64,000 bases of DNA from assembly GCF_009914755.1 (NCBI RefSeq), contig NC_060927.1. One strand, written 5' to 3'. Numbering within the stretch: position 1 is the stretch's first letter; the number at the start of each line of letters is the position of its first letter. This DNA is from the human T2T-CHM13v2.0 reference genome, Homo sapiens. Below are positions 12,561 through 29,957 of the stretch, one piece after another. Made by a program: the position numbers and the translations under genes. The notes below the pieces were generated by a model, which saw only the letters and a list, made by a program, of their open reading frames with translations, did not search any database and was not told the origin of the DNA.

Positions 12561-13166
12561 CTATATACAACAACAACAACATACTGAAAATCCTAAATCC
12601 TGCATATTAACCAATGATAAAAAGAGACTGAAATTAAAAACTGACAATTTTTCTTATACTTGAGTAATATAAAAATCATAAATGTATTACACTATAAAAA
12701 TGTCATTTAAATGACACTGACTAAAGTATCATAAAAATGCAAATGAAACATTCATGAGAATCTTCTTGATTCAAAGTGGATACCTCAAAAGTCTGTCAGA
12801 CAGCTTTTTTTTTCATATGTGAAGGCTATCTTTTACACAGTCTCTATCTATACCACCACCTATTCTACTAAACAATGTTGGATAGGATTAAACTTTTCGT
12901 GGTGGTGAGTACATAATATTGGCAATATTACTATTTATCTATCTAGAACACAGAATGAGTAAATTTTTCATCATGAAGCTCAAGAAAGGATGTTAAACAA
13001 AACAAAACCTCAAGAAACCAAGGTCAGAACTCAATGAATCTGAATTAGAGGACTAAGAAGAGGTATATAAACAGAGTAAAGTGGTAAGAAGGTATCCATA
13101 AGAGATACTTCATTTCATTTCTGTGATAATAAAATATGAGGAAAATAATTTTAAAAAACACTATAT

Positions 13167-13812
13167 GTAAAACCACTATGGAAAACTGTATGGAGATTCC
13201 TTAAGGAACAAAAAGTAACACTACCATTTGATCCAGCAATCCCATTACTGAGTATCTACCCAGGGGAAAAGAAGTCATTATTTGAAAAAGGCACTTGCAC
13301 ATGCATGTTTATAGCAGTACAATTCGCAATTGCAAAAATATGAAACAAGTCTATTTAGGCTATCTATCAACGAACGAGTGCGTAAAGAAAATGTGGTATA
13401 TATACACCATGGAATACTATTCAGACATAGAAAGGAACAAAATAATAGCATTTGCAGCAACCTGGAGTTGGAGATCATTATTCTAAGTGAAGCAATTCAG
13501 GGATGGAAAACGAATATCGTATGTTCTCGCTCATAAGTGGGAGCTATGAGGAGACGCGAAGGCACAAAAATGATAGAATGGACTTTGGGGACTCAGGGGG
13601 AAGTTCCCAAATTGTACCCAATATGTAGTCTTTTATCCATCATATTTTACTCCATGTGAGGGATAAAAGACTACACATTGGATACAGTGTACATTGCTCA
13701 GGGGACCAGTGCACCAAAATCTCAGAAATCATCAATAAAGAACTTATCTATGTAACCAAAAACCACCTGTTCCCCAGGAACTATTGAAATAAAATACAAT
13801 AAAAATAAATTT
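13167..13812 (+). mobile_element. L1PB-type 3' fragment (ORF2 end and 3'UTR)
   Basis: L1PB-like 3'UTR (caccaaaatctcagaaatc...ctattgaaataaaa); TSD ttaaaaaacactatat at 13151-13166 and 16792-16807. Confidence 0.85.
13613..13686 (-). ncRNA. MIR3134: Intronic miRNA hairpin, MIR3134 (mature about 13620-13642)
   Basis: 74-nt imperfect inverted repeat tgtacccaatatgtagtcttttatcc...ggataaaagactacacattggataca; minus strand contains UGAUGGAUAAAAGACUACAUAUU, which I recall as miR-3134. Confidence 0.8.
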
Positions 13813-16787
<2,975 letters not shown>

Positions 16788-16809
16788 TTAATTAAAAAAC
16801 ACTATATAG

Positions 16810-17211
<402 letters not shown>

Positions 17212-17678
17212 TTATTCATTTGATACATGGAGAAGCCAGCTAAATAATCTAAAGTGTATTCATGTTCAAATTCCAAGTCTATAATTATTCAGTGATAATT
17301 TGTTTGGTATTCAAATACGTCTACCCAAATATTAAACTACCTGGGGAAAAAATTCTTTAATCAAATACTCCTTATTAAAAGTTTCCAAAATCACACTGAA
17401 GTCATATAAAAACAAATGAAAAGAAATTCTAAAGCAATGTAACTGATCTTTCAGTAACTCTAGCTCACAAATATATGAGAGCCATTATTTCAATGCTAAC
17501 ACTTATTTCTTTAAATGCTGAATTTCTTAAAATGCTTTAGACCTCTTAGAAATTACTTTCAGAATCTTCATTGTAATATCTTCAATGGCAGCAAATATTC
17601 ATCCATTTAAGTGCAATTTTGATATTTATGCACAGCTAAAATTCTTTGGAGTCAAGCATAATAAAAAAAAGAAGATTA

Positions 17679-17990
<312 letters not shown>

Positions 17991-19644
17991 AAAGGTTAAA
18001 GTGGGTATCACTATGATAAAGAAATAAAATAAAACCCACGTCTGGCTCTAAGGTAATAAGACTGGTGTTTTGTTTTGTTTCACAAACTAATTCTGAGGAC
18101 ATGTCAGGAAAAGGAAGTGTTTCAGTCAGTGTGTAAACTCTGTACACAGCCTTCCTTGGTGCCGAATTCAGAGGACAGTGCTCACTGGGATGCAGAAAAA
18201 GCCTGCAAGTCTGTAGGAATACTTTACAGGCAAAAACATTTTACCCAAGGGCATTTAAAAAAAATCTTTAATCAAGTTCTCTAGATGTTAGTGATAAAAC
18301 AGAAATGGGTCTTCCTTACTGAGACCTGAATACAAAACTTATTCTAATACAATTTCTTTTATTGGCATACCTTTCAGATTTTGCTAAACAATATAAATTT
18401 TCATAATTACTCTGGGTAAGCATTATCTCTAACAAATGAAAAAGATTACTGACACTAAGTTAAATGACTTTTCCCAAATCCTTTTGGCTAGAATATGGCA
18501 AACCAAGGACTAAACCACCTCAGGTCTTCTCTTTATCCATTGTTCTATGTTCCCACAAAGCTTTAGAACAGTGGTTAATCACTTACAGTGGTAAGTTAAC
18601 TAGGGTGCTTATAAAATACTGAATCACAAAATTGCTTGATCTTGAAAATGTGGACTTCATTAGAGGGTGGGGGCAGAAGAGTCTGTATACTCTTTTTTCT
18701 GTTTGCACATTAACACATGTTCATTTTATGAAACGCAGACAATTAAGAAATGAAGATTCTCCATAATCTGTCCTCTGAAATAAAATATATACACAAAATC
18801 TGAAAAAATATTTAAGGCTAAACAATATTCTGTTACAATTTTTTCCTCAATGTTAGGCAAATTAAATATCTTCATCCCCACTAACCACATAGGTTAAAAT
18901 CGGAATGCATTTCAAACTATTTAAATTTCTCCTACTCTTACCCTACCACTCATGAACCCTACTATTTTGAGTTCTGAGGCAAGTTCAGACTGATTCAAAT
19001 TCATGTGTCCCATGGCTAGTCAGAGCCCTGGGTAAGGACCACTCAGCCAGGAAAACAGATGTGGTATTGTCACTCCAAGAGGCCCTCCCTCCTCTCTACT
19101 CTTCCCATCATGGCATACAACAGTTCTTACCACCCCCCACCACCCCACCCCTGGCCCAAAAAATCAGTTTTAAAAAATACAACTAACCTTTATAGGAAGA
19201 TTAGGATACGTCAGAACTGTTCCAAACAATTCATATATACTAAACCATTTTAAACTCTACATAGTCGTGACAGAGTTTAGACTAGTATCTCCATTTCACA
19301 GATTAAATAGGCACAGAGAGGTTAAGTAATTTGCTGAAGGTCCCCATAGTAAAAGGCAGAGCTAGTATCAAACACTGCTCTTACATATATATACACAATA
19401 AGCTTAACAAGGTTGTTGAATGTAAGTCACATACAAAAGGCAAATATATCTTCTATATACCAACACAAAAAAATTTAAAGATTGATTTTGGTAATAAAAA
19501 ATATCAGATACATAGGAATAAATCTCAGCATTACAAAACCTCTACACACAAAAAACTGCATGATCCCATTTTTATGAAGTTTGAAAACAGACAAAAATAA
19601 ACTGCCATTAGAAGTCAAAATGTAGCCTCATTTCCTAAGAGTGT

Positions 19645-20125
19645 TGCTATGGTCTAAATGTTTATGTCCCCCCACACCCATTCACATGGTGAAATTCCAA
19701 CCTCAAGGTGATGTTATTAGGAGGTGGGGCCTTTAGGAGGTGATTAGGTCAAGAGGGCAGAGCCCTCCCTCATGAATGGGATTAGTGTCCTTATAAATAA
19801 GGCCCAAAAGAGCTCTCATTCCTTCTACCATGTGAGGATATGGCAAGAATATGCCCTCAAAGAGGAAGTGGGCCTTCTCCAGACACTGAATGTGCTGGTG
19901 CCTTGATATTCTTGACTTCTCAGCTTCCAGAACTGTGAGAAATAAGATTTCTGTTGTTTATAAGCCACCCAGTTTTTGGTATTTTGTTATACCAGTCCAA
20001 ACAGACTAAGAGAATTGTTATTGCGAAGTTACGATGTTGCTGAAACAAATATCTAAAATGTGGAAGAGGTTTTGGAACTGGGTAATGGATAGAGGACGGA
20101 AGAGTTATGAAGTGCGGGCTAGAGA
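19645..20125 (+). mobile_element. MLT1A-type MaLR LTR plus start of internal region
   Basis: tgctatggtctaaatgtttatgtcccc...cagactaaga followed by aaatgtggaagaggttttggaactgggtaatgg. Confidence 0.75.
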
Positions 20126-22035
20126 TAACAACCCATAAAATATTTTAAAAAATTATATATGATATAGAAAAGGCTTTATAACATATACCAGGACTTCAAC
20201 TTTGATTAAGGCTGTGAGGGACATAAAATAATCTACATACACACAGAGCAATATAACTGTTGATGATGGTTATCTCAGGAGAGCTGGTATGAGGGGAATT
20301 TCTTCCTTATAATCAGGAAAAACAGCCCTCAACCTTTCCTTCTCTTATATACATACTACACACAGGTGTGGAGAAGACCCACATGACATCCTGCTCAAAG
20401 ACAGCCCTATACGTATCTGCAACAGGCAAATATAATTTTATTTATTAATATTTCACATATTTAATATGTTCATTGCGATAGCAGCCATATATTTGTTTGC
20501 TGGATTCTTACATGATGTAAAATAAAGACACTTCAGAGGACTTGCTGAATGACTGTCTACCAAGAACGCAGGCATCAGGACAATGGGGGTAACAAGCAGA
20601 ATGACTAGAATGAGTCACGGAAGATTTCATGTATTTTTCCAATTATTTACTCAAAGTGAGGATGAAGGGATAAAAGGCAGAGCAGAATTATAATTACTGT
20701 ATGTTGGTCCTAAACAAAAGAAAACCAATGTCAGATTGTTAAAAATTCCAAAGTATAAACAACAACTTTTCCTGGGGAGCTTTAAAGGTAGAAACTGTGA
20801 TGCTGACAGGGGATTTTTAAAAAACCATTTAAAAAACAAATAAGCAAATGTACATTACTGAATAATAGCAATTGGAAGCTCTGAGGAATTTGTCTCTTCT
20901 TTTAGAAAATATTTCATTGTTGCTTTGGCAGAATGAGTTATGCCTGATTCTCTTATTACTCAAGCTATTCCTGGGAATACAATTACAATTGGGTACAATT
21001 GTACCCAATTTAAGAAAAATATTTTTTACAATTTAAGAAAAATAAATCCTTTAATGCCACTGTTTAAGCCTCCAAAACAATCACTTATTAAAAGGATGCC
21101 TCTGGTATCCCAGAATAATTACTGTGGCTTATATTTTCCACTAGGCTCCCATGGAACAAATCATTGAATCAATAAATGATGGCACTCGACAGGCTCTCTG
21201 GGATTTTGATACTTAATAAAGATAGGAAACAGAGGCTCCCATTAACAGTGCTAGATTATGCACAGTCTCATTTAGTTTTCCCAGCAACTCTAACAGGGAG
21301 GTTTCATTTTCCTTTTACAAATAAAGAATATTTTGGCTTAGCAATTACTTGCTCATACTCAAATGGGTACAGTATGGAAACTCCAAGATTTAAATTGGGT
21401 CTTTCGGATCCCAAGTATCAAGCCTGATACTTTCCAGTGTATCAGGCTGTTTAGTGTACATACTGAGGATTAAATATTTAAATAATAAAAGTCATTGCTT
21501 ACTTGCTCAAAACCGTTTATATTCAGTAAGAAAACTAGTGATTTTAGTACTAGTACCCTTCTATAGGAAAAGTAGATTGGCTTACAATGAAACCACACAT
21601 CTCCAACACTATGGGTTGAATTATATGTTATTCCTTTGTGGTTTTGTGTGTGTGTGAATTCAGGTTTAGTGCATTTGTCTAAGGGCAGAAGGATCAAAGT
21701 GTAATCTTTTTTTGGGGGAAGGAATGTGGGAGACAATCTCTCAGCAGAATCTGGATCATGCTGAGCTGTACCCAATAACCAGTCTGTGAAAGTAGTGGTA
21801 AAGGACTACAGATGGTGATAAAAGGTATAACTTATTTTAAGCAAATCAATAAATCAAACCATGAAATTATAAAACTGATAAATTAGGGATAAGCTACTTA
21901 TCCAAGTTTACCAAAATATTTTCTGATTTATAGTCTTTATCACAGATTTTATTTAAATAGTTGCTATCTAAAAACATACTTTATATTCTTGCAAATAAAA
22001 TACACATTACTATTGCCTTTAAGATTAGAATTTTA

Positions 22036-22365
22036 GGCTGGGCGCAGTGGCTCACTCCTGTAATCCCAGCATTTTGGAAGGCCAAGGTGGGCGGATCACT
22101 TAGGTCAGGAGTTTGAGACCAGCCTGGCCAACATGGTGAATCTGTCTCTACTAAAATTACAAAAATTAGCCAGGCATGGTGGCAGGCACCTGTAGTCCCA
22201 GCTACTCAGGAGGCTGAGGCAGGAGAATTGCTTGTGAACCTGGGAGGTGGAAGCTGCAGTAAACTGAGACTGCAGCACTGCACTCCACCCTGGGCGACAA
22301 AGCAAGATTCCATCTCAAAACAAAACAAAACAACAAACAACAAAAAAACCCACAAAAACAAACAA
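22036..22365 (+). mobile_element. AluS with (CAAAA)n-like tail
   Basis: Dimer; TSD tagaatttta. Confidence 0.9.
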
Positions 22366-22383
22366 AAAAACCCCTAGAATTTT

Positions 22384-23256
22384 TTTTTTTTGTGTGTGTG
22401 ATTCTGAAATCTTTTTTTTATTGTTATACTTTGTTCTAGAGTACCTGTGCACAATATGCAGGTTTGGCACATATGTATACATGTGCCACGTTGGTGTGCT
22501 GCACCCATTAACTCGTCACTTACATTAGGTATACCTCCTAATGCTATCCCTCCCCCTCCTCCCCACCCCATGACAGGCCCCGGTGTGTGATGTTCCCCTT
22601 CCTGTGTCCAAGTGTTCTTATTGTTCAATTCTCACCTATGAGTGAGAACATGTGGTGTTTGGTTTTTTGTCCTTGCGATAGTTTGCTCAGAATGATGGTT
22701 TCCAGCTTCATCCATGTTCCTACAAAGGACATAAACTCCTTTTTTATGGCTGCATAGTATTCCATGATGTATATGTGCCACATTTTCTTAATCCAGTCTA
22801 TCATTGATGGACATTTGGGGTGGTTCCAAGTCTTTGCTATTGTGAATAGTGTCACAATAAACATACGTGTGCATGTGTCTTTATAGCAGCATGATTTATA
22901 ATCCTTTGGGTATATACCCAGTAATGGGATGGCTGGGTCAAATGGTATTTCTAGTTCTAGATCCTTGAGGAATCGCCACACTGTCTTCCACAATGGTTGA
23001 ACTAGTTTATAGTCCCACCAACAGTATAAAAGTGTTCCTATTTCTCCACATCCTCTCCAGCACCTGTTGTTTCCTGACTTTTTAATGATTGCCATTCTAA
23101 CTGGTGTGAGATGGTATCTCACTGTGGTTTTTATTTGCATTTCTCTGATGACCAGTGATGATGAGCATTTTTTCATGTGTCTGTTGGCTGCATAAATGTC
23201 TTCTTTTGAGAAGTGTCTGTTCATATCCTTCACCCAATTTTTGATGGGGTTGTTTG
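22384..23256 (-). mobile_element. 5'-truncated L1PA (about L1PA4-5)
   Basis: ORF2 C-terminus ([17 protein letters not shown]) and 3'UTR; TSD aaaaacccctagaatttt at 22366-22383 and 23257-23274. Confidence 0.92.
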
Positions 23257-24237
23257 AAAAACCCCTAGAATTTTAGCCACAATCCAACATAAAAAAAGTT
23301 ACTTATAAAAATGGTTTTGAAATTAAAGAGTTTATACTAAATTAACATTTGTGAAGAATCAAATTATGCTTCTTATTTTGAGGGCGAAAAGTAAATGTTA
23401 AAAACCGAATAAATAATTCTGTTATATGAAGTACATTTTATAACATCTTTCCCCAGAAACCATTACTTATTTCTGCCAATGGTATTTTTACTTTTCACTG
23501 ACCCACACCATAGGGAATTACCAGACACTGAAAATCTTTTCTGTTTTCAATGAGTTTATTTTCGTGCAAGAAGAAAAAAAAATATGTATCAAGGTATTAC
23601 AGATAGGTCTGATAACTTTAGGTGAATATTATTATACTTATGAAACAGTTTATGCATCATTTATTCTTGTTTTCACTTATTCATTCTTGGCCAACATTTA
23701 CTTATTCTGCCATCTAATTTACCTATTTAAGCAACATGTAGTACCTACTACGTACCAGATTCTGCCAGTTCAATTACTACCTTTTGGACACCAATTTACA
23801 AGGGTTCCTTGCAAATCTGAACTGTCTACCTCTGAAGGATACTTGTATTCCAACCTCTACCCAATCTTCTGATGACATTACTCATATATCTCCTCTCTCC
23901 CTTTCCCCATGATATAGTCACGGCTGTAGCCTCTAAGAAGTCAGGTGGAAAAAAACATAAAAGTGATATTAAGATGCTCTTTTGGCAGATAGGACAAGAA
24001 GGGACCTTTATCTTTCTTCTACCAGATCAGCTAGTAAGGCTGGTGCTGAGAATAGGTAGTAATAACTATGATTTATCAATAACTATGAAACCAATCTATT
24101 TCCCAAAATAGACTTAGGGCAAAGATAATCAACAAAAAATACAAAGAGGAAACACAAATTTGCAACAAAAACATCCATATGGAAGATGCCAGTTTATAGA
24201 AATATTGATCCTCCACTCTCACTCCTATGGTACTTAC

Positions 24238-24378
24238 TTGCCATCTGTGTCTGATGTAGCTGCATAGTGCAGGGGTGTGCAGCCTCTTTCATCAAGGTCA
24301 TTCACACTTGCTCCTGATCCCACAAGAGCAAACAGGCACTGGTAATTGCAGTTGGCAGCAGCGTAGTGCAGTGGAGAT
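24238..24378 (-). CDS. ANKRD28: ANKRD28 coding exon (R)[10 protein letters not shown]...SDTDG(K), 141 nt
   Basis: aaaag acceptor, GTAAGT donor; phase 2-2. Confidence 0.93.
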
Positions 24379-25981
24379 CTTTTGGGTCCAAGTTAATACA
24401 AGAAAGATAAAAGCCAGAGACATAACTAGTAAACAAAAGCATAGTTGACTCTTACTCCTCCCAGTTACAAATACTTTATTTACAGTGAGACTTAGACTAC
24501 CATATACTAAGTCTTGCGGAGGACTGGACATAAAGCTAGAAGAAGAAAGCAAGGTGGCAGAGAACCTTTAAGTATATGAAATAAGATGAAAATGCAGTTA
24601 TTTCATCGCCTCCAGGCAGTAGCAGCAATCCCAGTCCCAGTCCTTTGAGTGACTTTCAAATAACCTTCATATTCTGCTCAGAAATGTGAAAACTTTCATT
24701 TTAGGAAAGTTTCCCCTACATTAATAAAAATGTTCCACAGTACAGAGGTAGCAATTTCTATTCATGTCTCAGAAGAAGAACAAAAGGTAAGAGAAAAAAA
24801 TAGAAGAAACATTAAAAAAAATGTAATTAACCCTGAATTACTTTCAACCCTCTCAACTCAAAACATTTTTCAGAAGCCCTCTCTGTTATTTGTAGTATAG
24901 AATGCCTGAAGTACTAAAAATTAATATAAACTGGATTAAAGTATAATTATAAAAGCAAATTAGCTATAAAAATATTGCATTCCAAAGCCAAAGTGATTTT
25001 TTTATTTTTATGGGTCATTAGTTCTTTCCATTAAGTAGGCTTATGAGAGCAATCTGTTCTTCAAAGTAATTATGATGTCAAATAGTTTTTATTTTCTTCT
25101 ATTCATTTCTGATTTCCTACCATGCATAATTCTTTTTACTTCTCTTCTGCCCTGGTTCTATCACATGCATTGACATATATTCACACATTTTCTTCTGACA
25201 TACACCCTTCCTTCTCATACACTTTGCTATGTATAATTCTCAAACTGTTGACACACACAGTTTTGCTTATACTGTCATCTCTTTCAAACCAATTCCAACT
25301 GCCTTCAATTCTTTCCTGTATGGTTCTAATGCACTCTGTGTCAATTCCTACTCTAAGTAACTTAACAGTAGTTTTAAATACTGCTACCACAAATACTCAA
25401 CAATGAGGCCTGCTGAATGACTACAAAGACTGTCATTTCACAGCTGCCTTCCTGTTGTGAAATACTTAGTGGGATGTGTGGATATATGTGTGTGAGAGAT
25501 TTATATAGAAGAGGAGAAAGAAAAATTACACATATATATTTATAACCTATTTCCTCCCTCTTACTACTGCTCTGGAACAAGATATGGGCAGTAGAATCCC
25601 TCACCAAGAAATGACTTGGAGAAAGGAGAACTGTATCATTATTTTCTAGGTATTGTGAGTTTCTTGAAAAAACATAGGTTCTATGGGGCTTTACATTTCC
25701 ATAGTCATAATTTTTGGAGGGGGGGAAGTGATAGCAAGTATAGAGGCATTTATAAGGCCAAGGCTGTGGTTGGTAGGCTAGGGCTGTGGTAGGGACTCAA
25801 GAAGAAAACTGTGGGTGAGAACGAATATTTGGAAGTTACTGACTTCAGCTGGGACTCTCAATGAATCATGATCAGTGTACAAGATGCTAAATTGTTCAGT
25901 TAATTTTCAGAAGCCAGTTAGAAGGTCAATCAAGTTATTAAGTAAAAATAGGCTCCATAAAGAAACTGTATCATACCCTAC

Positions 25982-26050
25982 CTCCCAAATTTGTCCTTTT
26001 TATTAAAGTCTGCACCAGTATTCAGCAGAAGGTTTAGGCACTCCAAATTC
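25982..26050 (-). CDS. ANKRD28: ANKRD28 coding exon (G)NLECLNLLLN...KDKFG(R), 69 nt
   Basis: caatag acceptor, GTAGGG donor; phase 2-2. Confidence 0.94.
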
Positions 26051-26350
26051 CTATTGAGAGAAAATACAGTTAGAAAACTTAATTGACAGTGATTTTATAA
26101 TGAAATTGGTAGGTTTAAAGAAGCATGAAAGCATGTTTTTATATGAAGATAAATGTGACAAAAATGATGATTTACATTCTATGAAGAATAAAACATTGAA
26201 ATTCATCTTATCTAGAATTTAGAAAGTTATATACTTACATATTGGCACACTGAGGAAATAACACACGATTCATGTTGTCATTGTTTAAAAGGAAGATCAC
26301 ATTTGCAAAAGAGATTCTGAGGAGGCTTTAGGAAACAACTTGCTTATAGG

Positions 26351-26510
26351 TTTTTTTTTTTTTTCTTGAAACAGAGCCTCACTCTATAGTACAGGCTAGA
26401 GTCCAGTGATGCAACCATAGCTAACGGCAGCCTCCAACTCCTGGATATAAGCGATCCTCCAAGTCTCAGCCTCCTGAGTAGTTAAGCTTACAGCTGTGAG
26501 CCACTGCATG
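26351..26510 (-). mobile_element. Partial old Alu (right arm)
   Basis: T-tail, then degenerate right monomer. Confidence 0.7.
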
Positions 26511-27525
26511 AGTCCTGTCAGCTTTCCCTTATCTTCTCCTATACTATGACTGTTTACATATATGTATCTTTAGTTAATACTGGAGGAAAGGATATAACTT
26601 AAGTATTTCTGTAATTTAACTGTATAAACCTCAACATCAAATTACTATGTTACAATGAAAACTGTAACTGTCAAGTGATCAGACACTCAAGTCTGTTGTC
26701 CCTCTCTCTGTAGGCAAGTTACGTGGAAGTTAGGTTTTAACTGGAAGGTTCTCTGGCGACCTTGGAAGAACAAGAAAACCAGTCACATGCTCACAATCCA
26801 TCTCTACAACTTAGACTGTGCTGGTGTACTCTTGGTTCAACGTACTCGTCCTCTGAAATCACTGAAAATTTTTAAGAAATTATCATTGAGAATAACGTTT
26901 TTGCAAAATGTCCTTTTGAGAAATCATGAATTAAATGGCTTATCACAGATCTAAATTATCAGAAGCATTAGATAAGAAGCATGTTCCAGAGGCCATGAGT
27001 TTTAGCTGAAGTTTGTTGCTCGTATGAACCAACTGCCTAATTTTTCCCTGGTGGTACTATTTAAAACTTAGTCCAAAATCTTCCAATCTCAAACTTTCCT
27101 CTTCCTAGTAGAGGTAAGACACAGCACAAAATGAACATTTTTTTCCTGGGGGAAAAAAAAATTAACAAATCTACTTAAAGAGTACTTGTATTATTCAGAA
27201 TATTCCCAGTATTTTGATGTTCTCATTTGAGAACATACTTTTTAAAGAAATAGTTTTACTTATCCAGAAATTATGTTCTTTTACAGAAGGCAGTATTTCC
27301 TTTTGTAGGTTTATTCTCTCTCTCTCTCTCACTCATAACCTACAACTTGGCTGGAATAAGATGAAAAAAAGTATTCTGCCACCCTGGACTTTTTTTTCCC
27401 AAACAACTCCTGTTTTGTTTTCTATTTTCTGGCAGCCCAGAATTAATAAAAAAGAACAAAGATAAGAGAAAACCTGCCATGACCAGCTATCTTTTCTTAA
27501 AGAAATAAAAATACTATTAACATAC

Positions 27526-27589
27526 CCTCCAGCTGCAGCTGCATGTAGACAAGTCCTGCCAAAATCATCTGGGGTATCTATATCAAATC
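27526..27589 (-). CDS. ANKRD28: ANKRD28 coding exon (G)FDIDTPDDFGRTCLHAAAAG(G), 64 nt
   Basis: ttgtag acceptor, GTATGT donor; phase 1-2. Confidence 0.94.
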
Positions 27590-27739
27590 CTACAAGAATG
27601 AATACATCTTATTTATAACAGACATATTATTTTACACCAAAGAATTGTGTCATGAAACATCAAGAATCACATCCTCCCCTCCAATCCCAAACAAAACTAT
27701 GGGTTCTTAAGTGCTAGAGTGCCTGTTTAAAAGGCAATA

Positions 27740-28327
<588 letters not shown>

Positions 28328-28455
28328 TAAAAGGGGTTATTAAATTATCCATACTGGACCCATCTGCATTAATTTTTAAAAAGCAGGATAGAGACCATCT
28401 AAAAATTTTGAGGGGTTTGAGGAGACATACAAAAGGCTGCAAAGGTTACGCTTAC

Positions 28456-28538
28456 CTGAAGAAAGAAGTTTTCTGCAGCAATCTGAAAAGCCGCTTAAGG
28501 CTGCCAAATGGAGGGGGAACATTCCATGTATGCCACGC
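28456..28538 (-). CDS. ANKRD28: ANKRD28 coding exon (K)[10 protein letters not shown]...KLLSS(G), 83 nt
   Basis: tttag acceptor, GTAAGC donor; phase 2-1. Confidence 0.95.
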
Positions 28539-28728
28539 CTAAAGTTAATAGAACAGGACAGTATCTTCATTTTAACACAAGAAAAATACAATCAGTTAAA
28601 TACATTACAAAGAGACCACTTAAGTGAAAGATAACTAAGAGCCAAAATGTCTAACACTTCGGAGAGTAATTTGGTTAAAGTTTGATGGTGGGCATAACTT
28701 ATTAGCCAGCTATTTTTCTCCAAAAGTC

Positions 28729-28953
28729 AGGTTTCTCACCTTCAGCACTACTGTCATTATGGACTTTGCTGGGGAAACGTGAGAAGCCATTCTGTGCATA
28801 CAGGCTTACAGGCTGTTCAGCAGCATCCCTGGGCTCTACCCAATGGATGTCATTAACATTAACACCTTCCTCCCCAAATTGTGACAACCAAAAATGTATC
28901 TGGACATTTGCTTAGGGAGCAAAATTCACTACCCTGTCACCCCACCATTGAAA
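28729..28953 (+). mobile_element. MER20 (hAT-Charlie MITE)
   Basis: ttcagcagcatccctgggctctaccca and ttgtgacaaccaaaaatg motifs. Confidence 0.7.
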
Positions 28954-29842
28954 CATTTCCATAATGCAACATGTTCAAGAATATTTATTGTAGTAATTCT
29001 GTAATAGTGAAAAACTGTAAGCAACTTGTATTTGCAAATAAGGAGAATGAATATACTGTGAAATCTTTATACAATAATTCTATAAAATAAATGAACTAGA
29101 GCAACTTGTACAGATGTGAAAGAAGGCCTAAATTTCTATCTAGATGGCTAAATTAATAAGCTCATGTAATTTTTTTGGAAAAAGTTACAAAACAGATAGG
29201 TGCAGTACCATACCATTACAGAAAGTAAAAAAGATTTAAAACTTGTTAATGAACACATGTAAATGTGATACAAAGAATGATAAACATAAATTTAAGTATG
29301 GTGTTTCTTGCAGAGCATTAGCAGGAGGACTCATCTTTCAAACAAAGTATTACAATGGGAACTTTAATTTATAAAATAAATACAAGCAAACTGTTCTGAC
29401 CAAAATGGGGGTGGGGGTAAGAACTCCTTCGTAGGATTCCAAGGAATCCCTGAGCTTGGCACAGCACAGCCTGAAAAGTATTATCTACAGATAGTATTTG
29501 GATTAAAAAAAAGCATCTGGCACATACAGCTTTCTGGGACTTTTAAGTACTTCTAGGTTAAAAATAAAGAGATCACAAAAATTAACAGCTCTGATCAAAA
29601 CTGCGTTATTACTCAAAGTGAGAAAGAACTGGGGTAACATACATAAAAATACACTGGTTTACCAAATAAAATTGTATTTAAACATTTTAACCTACCACTT
29701 TGTCAATACAAAAGAAAGTTCAAGCAATTAATACAACATTGAGGATAAAATCCACATTTCCACGTGAAATGTCTAGAAAACTGCAGTTCACTTCCCTTTG
29801 TGCTTGCCTGTATCAGTTATCAACACCTCGGTAAGTACTTAC

Positions 29843-29957
29843 TTTGCAGTGTCAGCACCACTTGTAATAAGAGTGTTGATCAGCAGCTCATGGCCATACC
29901 GTGCTGCTATGTGCAAAGGGGTATTTCCATTCTTATCCTCACAGTCGATTACAGCTC
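29843..29957 (-). CDS. ANKRD28: ANKRD28 coding exon (G)[10 protein letters not shown]...GADTA(K), 115 nt
   Basis: ttgcag acceptor, GTAAGT donor; phase 1-2. Confidence 0.95.

Noticed and set aside
25181-25390. 69-aa purine-rich minus-strand ORF as a cryptic ANKRD28 exon
   Set aside because: No ankyrin similarity or convincing splice sites, and the flanking exons already join in frame.
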